From Octopus sinensis (Eukaryota), in the NCBI RefSeq assembly GCF_006345805.1, contig NC_043009.1, forward strand, positions 46,810,001 to 46,874,000: 64,000 bases of DNA, in the 5' to 3' direction. Of the stretch, positions 53,290 to 64,000 are shown piece after piece; the first letter of the stretch is position 1; the number at the start of each line of letters is the position of its first letter. Position numbers and translations under genes: made by a program. A model generated the notes under the pieces. The model did no database searches. It saw only the letters and a program-made list of their open reading frames with translations, and was not told where the DNA came from.

Positions 53290-53870
53290 AAGAAGAGACT
53301 TCCCCATTGATTCAACATTTACAGTCAATTAATGCGGAACTTACAGATCTAGTAAACTGACTATCAATTCTCATTTGTATCTATCATCATAGATGTATTA
53401 TGCTATGGATCAACAAAGTTACACAAAATCCTAGAAATACTAGGTTTTCGAAGAAAAGGGAAAAGAAACTAATGCCTCAAAATCCAATCTATTAGTTGCA
53501 CAGTGAAGATTTGTAAGACATTCCAAAGATTCTCTATCATTCTCTAGATGAAATGATGCCTACACAGGAGGATGTGTATCAACAACTCAACAAACATAGC
53601 AACTCAGCCACAAATTTACAAACACCAGGAGCTCTCTTAACTCAAAGTTCTTGTCGCTTTGTTAGCGACCGGTTTGGGCACTTTTATGAAGAACTTAGAT
53701 AAAAATCAAAGAAAAGAATACATACATACATACGTACATACATAAAATGAAAGAATTTCATGCCGCTTCTTTGTCGATGATTTGAAACTGGATGTCACAA
53801 ATATGTATGTGATGAAATAGAGCCTTGATCGTGATTACAACATTCTCAAAGGATGGTTGTTCCTAAACGG
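53290..53870 (+). mobile_element. Decayed R4/Dong-type RT fragment
   Basis: KTFQ/DSLS motif; FFVDDLKLDVTNMYVMK*SLD/VITTFSKD resembles LFFVDDLKLYA...QLDLVTTFSKD. Confidence 0.6.
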
Positions 53871-54216
53871 TTGTGAAACGAGGGAATACTATAAACTAAA
53901 CTCCCAGCATCTCCAGCCATGATTCAACTGCTTCTCCTATACCTGATGAGGAATAGGGTAGATGAAAGCATAATTACGGAGGTACCTGTAGAGGAAATCA
54001 GTAGGCCAGTAAACGTCAACATAAAGCTACAGCGATAAAAACACCTACGCTTATAGTTACTCTACTCGGATTATTCTGTGCAAGCCAACCTCGTAAAACC
54101 AGCAACGACTACCTAAACAAACCAATGGGTCGGAGGGTGTCGCCCGAATGGTGCAAAGGTGTCATCCGTCAAAAAATGGTGGATGCAACAACACGCCATT
54201 ACAGCGCATACCCTCG

Positions 54217-54263
<47 letters not shown>

Positions 54264-54614
54264 GGATTACAAGTTGAGATTTATACCTGTAATTATCGAG
54301 ACACTAAGAAATCTAACAAAATTCACTCAGTACCAATCTGCAAAAATTAGTCTTCTCAAAACCAGCGAGAAGAGAGCTAATTAGAAGATTACAGACACTA
54401 AACATCAATGGAACTGTCAAAATTTGTAAAATTTCCCTATAGTTTAGCACTTAAGTACAAATGCAAATGTATAAACTTGTAACTATAAGCAGGAGAATAC
54501 ATATAGAAAATAAATATACAAATGTGTATTTGCACTGAATCCAAATATTACACACATATACGTTAACATGCAGAAATACCCTGTTGATGGTTTGGAAATT
54601 CCAGTGAAGAACAT

Positions 54615-54787
54615 TTGGATCTAGGTTAGAAACCGGCTCTGATTTCAAAGATAGGAGTTTTATAGGACTGGGTAAATCGATTACGTCGACTTTTGTACTC
54701 AGCTGATACTTATTTTATAAACACCATAAATTCTCGACAGAATTCGAACTCAGAACGTAAGTAGATGGAAGAAATGCCGCTAAGCAG
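54615..54787 (-). mobile_element. SINE family B, diverged
   Basis: TCGATTACGTCGAC..GAATTCGAACTCAGAACGTAA..GAAATGCCGCTAAGCA. Confidence 0.7.
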
Positions 54788-54840
54788 CCCGCTCCCCCCC
54801 TTCCCGTCAACATGAAGTAGTTCAGCTTATTAGATATATA

Positions 54841-54961
54841 TCAGGTCATCCCATAAGTTCTGTCCGAATTTTGAATAAAGAAAACAAGTGATAAAATGTT
54901 ATATTTAAATGAAATTTAATCATCAATGTACTTTCCCTAATTATCTATGACTTACTTCCAT
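54841..54961 (-). mobile_element. Mariner right end
   Basis: TA|TCAGGTCATCCCATAAGTTCTGTCCG TIR; minus strand RWK*VIDN*GKYIDD*, a mariner C-terminus. Confidence 0.75.
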
Positions 54962-56523
54962 CCTGATCAATTCAAATCTCATATTCCGATTTTGCGAATG
55001 AGATCCATTTCCATAGTTTATTTTAAGACCGGGTTTGAAGTAGTGTCGTTGGTTCAAAGAAGTATTATTATTAACTACTCTACTATACCAATGGTTCTGT
55101 TTATTACTTTAAAGATTAGTTCAAAACATATTGATATTACCAAGAAGCCACGTATTTAATGTGATTTGTAAGGCATCAGTTTGATATGATCTGATATTGT
55201 GTCTACATCTGCCAATTTAAGAAATCAATATCTATTATGCTACTAGAAATGAATTAATGTAATTTTCTGAGAAATTAAATTAGACGAAGTTACGAAATAA
55301 ATTTAGGGCATTGGTTACTTATATTAATTAATTCGAAGCCACGTAATTATATGGGAAAACTAATTTGGATTAGGTGACGTTCAACTAACTGATGTAAGAC
55401 CCACCTGTAGCTAATCGAGGAGGAAGAATATTCATGTAAAAACCTATTACGATGTAGATATAAACTAAAAGTTATTTCGAATGACTTGCATTAATTCTGC
55501 AAACAATCACAGGTGAAATATGTTTATATTGCTATAAAATATCAGAAAGGGTCTAGGAGTTGCCTAGAACTTTACAAGATTGACTGTGTATATGCAGGAC
55601 TCGGCGAGATTTTTTTGTTATAAGGAGCCTTGCGGTTGCCCATATATGCGAGTTTATTCTCTCTACATAACCAATGATTTTCCAGCAGAAAGGCTGCCAA
55701 CCTGGGCCGACACGGCTTGGCAACAGTAGCAACGATGACGTTGCTGTCAGAAAGCAAAGGGCCAGAAAAAATGCGAAAAGCATCGTGGCCGTCCATTTAA
55801 TAGATCCACCGTCCCGCTATCCTAGATTTGTACGTTTTGTCGATATCGAACAAATGAAAGGTAAAGTCACCGGCTCGATGAGATTTCAATTCAAAGCACA
55901 GACGATCAGATCAAATACCACAGGCCATCTTATCCAATATCCTGATGACTCAGTTCAGTCAATTTATGGAACTGAAACACAAACTCAAAAGTAAAAATAG
56001 CCAAATATGAAATAGTGGTTTTTAATTTAGGTACAAGGCCAGCAATTTTGAAGTAGAGATTAGTCATCTGCATCGATCCAAGTACTAGACAGGCAATATA
56101 TATATATATATACATATATACTAAGATTTGCTCTCAGAATATAAAGCACCGGAACAAATGCTATGAAGCACTTTTCCGATGTTCTAACGATTCTACCAGT
56201 CTGTCACCATATCAGAATGAGAAATATTGACATCAATGAACTCAACTCATTAATTCTTAGAGGTTTTATTTACAGTTTTTTTTTATGCTTTATGTGAGAG
56301 AATAATTCTAGAATTTTCCTAAAGAGAGATAACACTTCATTTTTATGATTTGAAATTAATTTAATTCAGTATAAAGTTCGACGTCTATCTTAGTTAAGTT
56401 TTATCGCTAATGAGGCCTTTGATAGAAATTAAATATAACCATATTTGTATCGGGAAAATTGTTAACTCATGTTAGATTCTTTCATGTTGATAGGCATGTG
56501 ACCATCTACATTTATAGATGCTA

Positions 56524-57829
56524 CTAGCAGAGATGCCCGGCGTTGCTCGTGTTACATGCAATTGAAGAATTAGACTTTTCTGTTATATTTTCTGTAATGA
56601 ACTGGAATATCTATGTTTCGAATTTCATCAAACTTGCAGATGAGGGTTATTTCCCTCTTTACACACCCTAAAAGAATTGTAATCGTGCCGCGTGTATCCC
56701 ATACTACTGATTTTTATGCGCATATTCCAAAATTCCAGTATTATTTAACCTGTTAAAAGGATTTTGCTCTTGCAAAATGAAGGTCATGGAGCTCTAAAAT
56801 GTGAGAGTTAAGGCCCCTGTTGGGGTGGGTGTCTTAATGTTAAGCAGAGAAGTTGAATTGTTGAGAATCTTTTTAACTTGGGTCTTATATCTATTGTTTG
56901 AATTTCTTTGAAATAGGAAATATATGTTCACTGGGTTTGTAAAAGAAAGTAAAGCTACAGGAAACCAAAAGACGAATGATCACAATAAGCAGTCAGCTAC
57001 CCTACCCTAGTCGTTATTCCTCACCATCCAGGTGTGACAAGCACAGCCGTAAGATGCATTACGATCTACAGCAATGGAAGGGCATGACCCAACTAAAATA
57101 AACATTAACAACTGTGTGGCGTGAGGGCTAAGGAGAAATGAAAGTGTCACCTCTGGAGTTTGCAAATGACCACTATACTAATACGTAACTGGACAGAATA
57201 AATTTACAATGTATAAATGTCTTTGAATAACCAGTCACTCATCTGGGAAGGCCTTGAAATCAATGTTACCATTGATAACAAAAAGACTGAAAGGAGGTCT
57301 GCAATCAAATAAATTTACTGAACACTTTGCAACTGAATCAGGGGAGGCAAAGATGCCTCTCATTTACTTGACAATTTATACACGATTTTGCAGAAATCAC
57401 AATGTAAGTGCATGTCAAAGCAAACTGTTACACTGTTGTACCTTTGAATTACAAATAATGCTCATCTGTTATGCTCGGGTAACCCTACAGCTTCCAAGAG
57501 TACGACTGTATTCGTCTTTGCTTAGATAAAATGACAAAATTGTGGGTGTTAAGTCCCCAGGAGGGGTCTTTCTAACTTGTAAAAAGAGAAAATTTTATAT
57601 TATTTCATTTGTGTCAATTATCTATTTTTGTCTAATATCTATGGTTAAAATTTCATCAACAGCAAAAATATATGAATTGTCATGGGGGTTATGGCCCTTA
57701 TAGATAGAATATAATTTCCAAATTTCATAAAGATCCATTCAGTACTTTTGACCTAGTTTTGGATCTTGAAAGAAATTACTAAAATTTTGGAGTTAAGGCC
57801 CCCATTAGGGTATTATATATATATATTGA
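56524..57829 (-). mobile_element. Non-autonomous Helitron-like element, larger variant with internal unique sequence
   Basis: The + strand start A|CTAGCAG.GATGCCCGGCGTTGCTCG matches 36731; the other end TATATATATTGA|T gives a minus-strand 5'-TC; GAGTTAAGGCCCC recurs near 56805 and 57790. Confidence 0.65.
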
Positions 57830-57832
57830 TTC

Positions 57833-58044
57833 AAAATGTGACCGCGTGTGTGTACCGTTGGCGATGTTTTTCCTCCGGCTTCCCTTCTTTGGATCTCTCC
57901 TTTGCTATGTTTCTGACGAAGAGCTCGAAACGTTAAACACTCCTTTTTTTTCCTTCTTTCCTGGCGTCCAATAACATTATACTTCTTCCACGTCCACGCG
58001 TTGTTTGTGTTTCTCTCTTTGTGTTTTCATGTTTGGGATTAACT
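57833..58044 (+). mobile_element. ~200-bp HHR-containing non-autonomous element, (TA)n-flanked
   Basis: Homolog of 15309-15511. Confidence 0.75.
57908..57939 (+). ncRNA. Minimal type-I hammerhead motif, stem II shortened
   Basis: UGUUU-CUGACGA-A-GAGCUC-GAA-ACGU-U-AAACA. Canonical core, 5-bp stem I, stem II reduced to palindromic GAGCUC. Confidence 0.7.
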
Positions 58045-58087
58045 ATATATATATATATTGTATATATATATATATATATATATATAG

Positions 58088-58126
<39 letters not shown>

Positions 58127-58249
58127 TATATATATATATATAGTATATATATGTATGTATGTATGCTATATATATATAGATATAGATATAGATAAATATA
58201 GATAGATAGATAGATATAGAATAGATATAGGTATCGATATAGATATACA

Positions 58250-58712
58250 CACACATACAAAGATAAATTGATAGATACAACTGAGTGGGCAAACAAAAAT
58301 ACGAGACACAGCCTAGTGCTTTATTTATGTTGATAAGCCTGGTACTTATTCTATTAGTTTGTTCTTATGAAACGAGTAACTTATGGGGATGTAAACAAAT
58401 GAACAGCAGTTGTGAAGCAGTGATGAGGGCGAAATACAGAGACAAAGACACGCACATACACTTACATATATACATACATATATATATATACGCCTAGTGC
58501 TTTATTTATGTGATAGCCTGGTACTTATTCTATTAGTTTGTTCTTATGAAACGAGTACTATGGGGATAAAACAAATGAAGCAGTTGTGAAGCATGAGAGG
58601 GCAGCAGTTAGTGATGAGGGCGAAATACAGAGACAAGACCCGCACATACACTTACATATATACATACATATATATATATACGATTGATTTGTTTCAGTTC
58701 CTCCTACGAAAT

Positions 58713-58775
<63 letters not shown>

Positions 58776-58985
58776 TATGTATGTATGCATGTATGTATGT
58801 ATGTATGTATGTATGTATGTATGTATGTATGTATGATGTATGTATGTGTGTGTGTATGTATGTATGTATGTATACACACACACAAAGATAAATTGATAGA
58901 TACAACTGAGTGGGCAAACAAAAATATGAGACACTGCCTAGTGCTTTTTTTATTTTGATAAGCCTGGTACTTATTCTATCTATAT
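58250..58985. repeat. Local duplications containing a SINE-A remnant (58313-58492, 58493-58682; partial 58880-58985)
   Basis: GCCTAGTGCTTT...GCCTGGTACTTATTCTAT occurs three times. Confidence 0.85.
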
Positions 58986-59085
58986 ATACATTTACATATA
59001 CAAGTATACATATACATCTATATCTATAGAAATCAATACATATACATGTATAGATATACATCTATATATATATACATCCATATAT

Positions 59086-59140
<55 letters not shown>

Positions 59141-59189
59141 CATATATGTATAAATATATATATATATATATACATGTGTATTTAAATTT

Positions 59190-59624
59190 ATAATAACGGT
59201 AAAAAATTGAATATTAATTTGATGAATATGAATTTAAAATCAGTGGTGTAGCATATAAGACCATAGCGGGTCTTCTTCTAGCATAATGGATGTCCATTTA
59301 CAGTTCATCCCTGTTATATAATAGTTTCACTTTAATAGTTTCAGTATTAAAGTGAAAGTATTAAAGTGAAAGCATCTCACATTACAATAGAGAGATGTTT
59401 TTGTTTCACTTTTGACACGTAATACCGAAATAGTGAAGAAGATATGATATTGCTGTGGGCTCGCACTAGGCAAAAAGTTAAAACTTTTTGGGGCCATGAC
59501 ACTATATGGATCCTAAGTAAGGAATGTGTAAAATTTGAATGAAATTAGTTATGTAGTCCTCAAGTTTTAGGGATTCACACAGACAAGACACACACACACA
59601 CACATTCTCAGTTTTATATATAGA
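59190..59624 (-). mobile_element. Probable non-autonomous Helitron-like element 5' portion
   Basis: Ends ...CACACACACATTCTCAGTTTTATATATAGA|T like 37112; the CTAG end was not found. Confidence 0.45.
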
Positions 59625-60634
59625 TAATTCCAAGAAGTGTCAGAGAAACATCACTCCAGTATTTATTGGTTGATAATGGACGATTCAGTGAGTCTAAATG
59701 TATTTTCCAATCGTACATTTAAACTCAGTATGACAGCTAGCTAATAGGACTTTGTTTTGTAGTATTTACTTTCTTGTTTGAAACAATGGTTTTCATCTGC
59801 CCACAATACATTTTATAATTAGGAAGTCTAAAGAGACGGTGAGCTCGCAGAATCGTTTGACTCTTATATGCTAGTTCTTTATATTCTTAGTTCCCTCCAT
59901 AATCAGTTGTACCGATTATCTCCCTCTCCTAAATATTGCTGGCCTTGTGCTTAAACGAAAAGGAAACATAATTTGACGGACTAACGACTGTGAAGGTTAG
60001 GACAGTTTTGCTGGATCAGGACACAATGCTCCACCATTAATATGTTTTGAGCCATATGACTGAATCTCATTGGCTGAGCTAATTCAATATGTTCTCTCAG
60101 ATCTATCACAATATAGATTTATAATCCCCTCTGTTTTCTACTTTTAATATCGACTGATTTAATATAACCTTGCAGAATAGAAGGAGTGTCAGAGAAAATA
60201 ACTTTGGTATTTTGCTAAACTAAAATGTATGTATGTATGTCTGTTCCAACTATCCCCACATCAAATTTTCATTCACACTTCCAATGTTGATAAAAGAGGT
60301 GTCAGTCAAGTGTTGAGAAATGTAGTCGCATATCGTCATAAACTAATAAATGTAAACAGTAGGACTATGTTATGAAATGTTTCCATTGAAATATAAACTA
60401 TTTCCGTCAAATATTATTTAATGTTTAAACCCCACCAGTCTGCTTCCCCACTGGCGAAAGTCTACAAAGGTTTTGATCACTTGACTCTCTAAGATTAATA
60501 ATATAAGCATATGAATTACTATATTACTTTCCGGATATCTAGCAATTCAGAATATGAATTTAATGTCATTTCTTGTGAAGTTATTTCACTGGTTCTGTAG
60601 TTTCTGACAAATAATATTACATAGCATTACTCGG

Positions 60635-61030
60635 ACCCTGCATTGACAAAAATGTTACAGCGTCGGACAAAATGCTTTGTGGTGCTTCTTCCAGCTCTTT
60701 ACATTCTCAGTTTAAAGCCCACTAGAGTCAACTTTGCCATCTAGGGTCGATAAAATAACGTACCAGTCAAAATACTGGTGGTCCATTTTATCGTTTACTC
60801 TCTCCTCTCATGTCTGTCTCTTCACGCCTCTGTTAAGATGTTTAGTTACTACAGAGCTGGTAAATGTCGCCGAAGCGCTAAACAGATTGCCTTGCGCTAT
60901 CCTTCTCAGTCTCTTGTAATCTCAACATAGTCATTCTTCTTTCATTTCATTCTTCTGTATCAAAAAGATAAAGTATCACACAAATCATGGGATCAATATA
61001 ATTGACTAAATTTTCTCCCCTAGATATCTA
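60635..61030 (+). mobile_element. Two diverged SINE family B copies
   Basis: TTACATTCTCAGTTTAAA..GAGTCAACTTTGCCATCTAGGGTCGATAAAATAACGTACCAG, plus a more decayed second copy. Confidence 0.6.
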
Positions 61031-61433
61031 CCGTTGTTCCATTCTTAGAAACAGTTATTATAGGCGTTTATTCACGCATACAATTCTCTTTAATCTTTTA
61101 TCTCTCCAGACCCGATATCTGCTGCTATCTACCTCTAGTAACGATGTAATATAACTCTTATCTGTTGCATTTTTATTTATTGATACACACGCGGTCAAAC
61201 TCCCCACTAACTTGCAACAATATAATCTCCGGAAAACAGTAATTATGAGATATAACTGCCATTTATTCCCAAGCAACACTTGCAATATTATTTGTCTATA
61301 CCTATCATTCCTAACTATAATATAACGTTGTTTCACTTACAGACGTCGATTTCTATCTAGCTTTACTAACAGATGTCAAATCCTCTTAGAATTTAAATGA
61401 GATCTTGGTAAGTGGATCGACAGGCAATTTCAT

Positions 61434-63238
61434 ATGAAGAAATTATCTGTCGATCCAAAGCCCAACTACAGAGAGGAGCTTGACAAAATAATTTTGGAAA
61501 AGGAGGAAAACAATTTCGTTAATAAGGCTGAATCTAAGATTTTAAGGTCAGAAAGAAGAACACCTGTATTTTATGGTCTCCCTAAAATACACAAAAAGTT
61601 CGAAACATTTTTTCCAATGCGCCCAATTTGCAGCGGATATGAATGTTGCACGGCCAAAATTTCGGAATGGCTGGATGGCTTTCTACTCCCCGCCGCCAAA
61701 CGATCAAGTTCCTATATTCGGGATACCTTTGATTTTGCATCTAAAATCAACTACTTTTTCAAGCACAGAGGCCATATTGAGAACTGTTTTTTGGTAACCA
61801 TGGATGTTTCTTCCTTATATCCCAATATTAACTACAATGAAGGGGTAGAAGCATGCATGGATGCCTTCGAAAAGCGGTCAAACGAAAGTATTCCATCAAA
61901 TTTTCTCTGTATATTATTGAGGTTTGTGTTAGAAAGTAACGCAATGAAGTTTAGACAAAGATTTTACCACCAGATGAAGGGTTGCGCCATGGGTACCCAT
62001 GGCAGTTAATTTCGCTAATGTCTTCATGATGAAATTCGAGACACAGTTACTGAAGACATTCAAATCCCTTCATGGTCATGAACCAATACGGTTCACTGAC
62101 GACGTATTCTTTGTCTGGGAAGGATCACAGGATAGTTTAATGGACTTCTGGCATTTCTTTGACTGTTATGCTAGAAACTATGGCTTTAAGTCCAACATAA
62201 AATTTACGTCTAGTTTTTCAAAAACTAGCGTTGAATTTTTGAACACAAAAGTCAAGTTTTCTGAAAGTAGAATAGTGACAGAGTTATTTTGCAAGACGAC
62301 GTCATCCCACATATATCTCCACCGCCGCTCCGATCATCCACATCATCTTATTCGGTCAAAACCGTAATCCCAATTTCTTAGGATAAAACGGATTTGTACT
62401 GACATAGGGGATTACTGGCAACATGTAAATGCTTTTGTATGTCATTATGTCAAACGCGGTTACAGTGAATCACGATTAAAGGAAATAGCAAATGAAATAG
62501 CTAAGATTAGCAAAGATAGTCAAACCTACACGCATAATTTTAAGAAACACAATACAATAGATGACAGAATTCCTTTAGTGATGAACTGGCACCGACATTT
62601 CGCTAGCATTTCAAAAATGTTGCATGAAAGGTACAAGCATGTGGCTAAAAAGTATCCTCGTTTCAAACAGATATTTCCTCAGCCGCCTATTGTAGCCTTT
62701 AGACGGAATAAGAATATAAGAGAATTATTGACCACTATATCTTACTCCAAGAAAACGAACATTGGAGTATCTACACGCTGTACCTTAAAGAACAGCCGCA
62801 ACAGAGGTAAGCTCTGTTCATTGTGCAACAACATGAGTGAAGTAAATTCCACCAGAAATCCTAACAGAAATGTCATGACATATACGGAAGGTGGAACATG
62901 TAAAAATTCCCATTTGGTGTACGCTGCAGAATGCACGAAACAAAATTTATGCTGGTTGTACAACAGAAGAATTAAACAAAATGTTTAATGGGCACAGATT
63001 CAACGTCAGGCACAATAACAGTAGTTCGACAGAACTTGCTGAACATTTCGTTTCAAGCGGCTGCAATTTTGAAGAAGACTTGAATGTGCATATTCCCAGA
63101 AGATATTCTGAATCTGCTTCACTTACAATTCTCAGAATATGAGGAGAAATATGTTTGCGGGTTATTAACATCACGCACGGGAGGAATGAATAAGATGACA
63201 GGAGAATATCATCAAATTTTTACAAAAATGTTTGATTA
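61434..63238 (+). mobile_element. Penelope-like fragment 7: longest copy, RT + GIY-YIG (Neptune-like Cys linker), 5'-truncated pseudogene
   Basis: PVFYGLPKIHK..PMRPI; FLVTMDVSSLYPNI; QMKGCAMGT/AVNFANVFM; RFTDDVFFVW; KP*SQFLRIKRIC; CSLC..CKNSHLVYAAEC/KIYAGCTT..FNGHR; EEKYVCGLLTSRTGGMNK. About three frameshifts and one stop. Confidence 0.96.
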
Positions 63239-63565
63239 AATATTCTTCTTTTTCTCTTTTTCTTTCTTTTTTTCTGTCGTCTTCATTTTCCTGGGGTTTT
63301 CTTCCGTCTTTTTCTTTTCGCCTGTTATAAAATTTTAACATAAAAACTGATGTCATTCCATCAACGTGTGGACGCTGGCTGCTCTTGTTCATACTTTACG
63401 TTTAAATTTCTTTAATTTTGAATTTTTATCGCTTCTTATTTTGAACTTAACAAAGACAGACATACTGTTGAAATATGGTTCAACTAATAAAATATCTTAC
63501 AATCGAATCGCGCTCTTCGTCTTGACTGTTTACCTTTGTGAAGAGTTACGTCAATCCTTTTTAAA

Positions 63566-63812
<247 letters not shown>

Positions 63813-63814
63813 AA

Positions 63815-63872
63815 TATTTTCTACTCTAGGCACAAGGCCTGAAATTCGTGGGAGGGGATAGTCGATTACATC
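63815..63872 (-). mobile_element. SINE family B tail
   Basis: TTTCTACTCTAGGCACAAGGCCTGAAATTCGTGGGAGGGGATAGTCGATTACATC. Confidence 0.75.
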
Positions 63873-64000
63873 AGAAACACACGCACCAATGGTTACGAAG
63901 CTCAGGGCTAAAAGCAGAGAGTGAAGGATTCATATTAGCAGGCTCAAGACCAAAGCTTAATAACCCGGAACTACCAAGCCAATGTGATAAAAAAATGGAG

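Noticed and set aside
53943-53975. CTGATGAG...GAAAGC
   Set aside because: The intervening sequence cannot form stem II.
55553-55783. Minus ORF with a signal-peptide-like start MLFAFFLALCFL
   Set aside because: The ATG and hydrophobic start fall within a decayed SINE B tail; no other support.
61058-61336. Minus ORF, possible LINE C-terminus
   Set aside because: Similarity is too vague to assign.

Overview
AT-rich eukaryotic DNA, dense in microsatellites and almost entirely repeat-derived. The tRNA-derived SINE families, (TA)n/(GATA)n/(TAA)n tracts and LINE complement point to an octopod cephalopod (Octopus-like); this is inferred from remembered repeat families, not from a search. No host protein-coding gene is confidently identifiable, and most long ORFs in the track are translations of microsatellites. 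Recognisable elements: seven decayed Penelope-like element (PLE) fragments (RT and/or GIY-YIG), about eight R4/Dong-type RLE-LINE fragments associated with (TAA)n, one RTE LINE, one Tx1/L1-like 3' end, a full-length IR-DR Tc1 (DD34E) and a second Tc1 fragment, three mariner remnants, a Helitron Rep fragment, three non-autonomous Helitron-like elements, and more than 25 SINE copies from three families. The most interesting layer is invisible in the ORF track: eight to ten minimal type-I hammerhead ribozyme (HHR) motifs from several families. They sit at PLE 3' ends or in ~200-bp (TA)n-flanked non-autonomous elements, and one is duplicated as a spacerless 159-bp palindrome that carries the HHR on both strands. 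Other structures include a ~98%-identical inverted repeat with ~210-bp arms and SINE dimers that share a fixed junction. All coordinates were counted by hand and may be off by a few bases.
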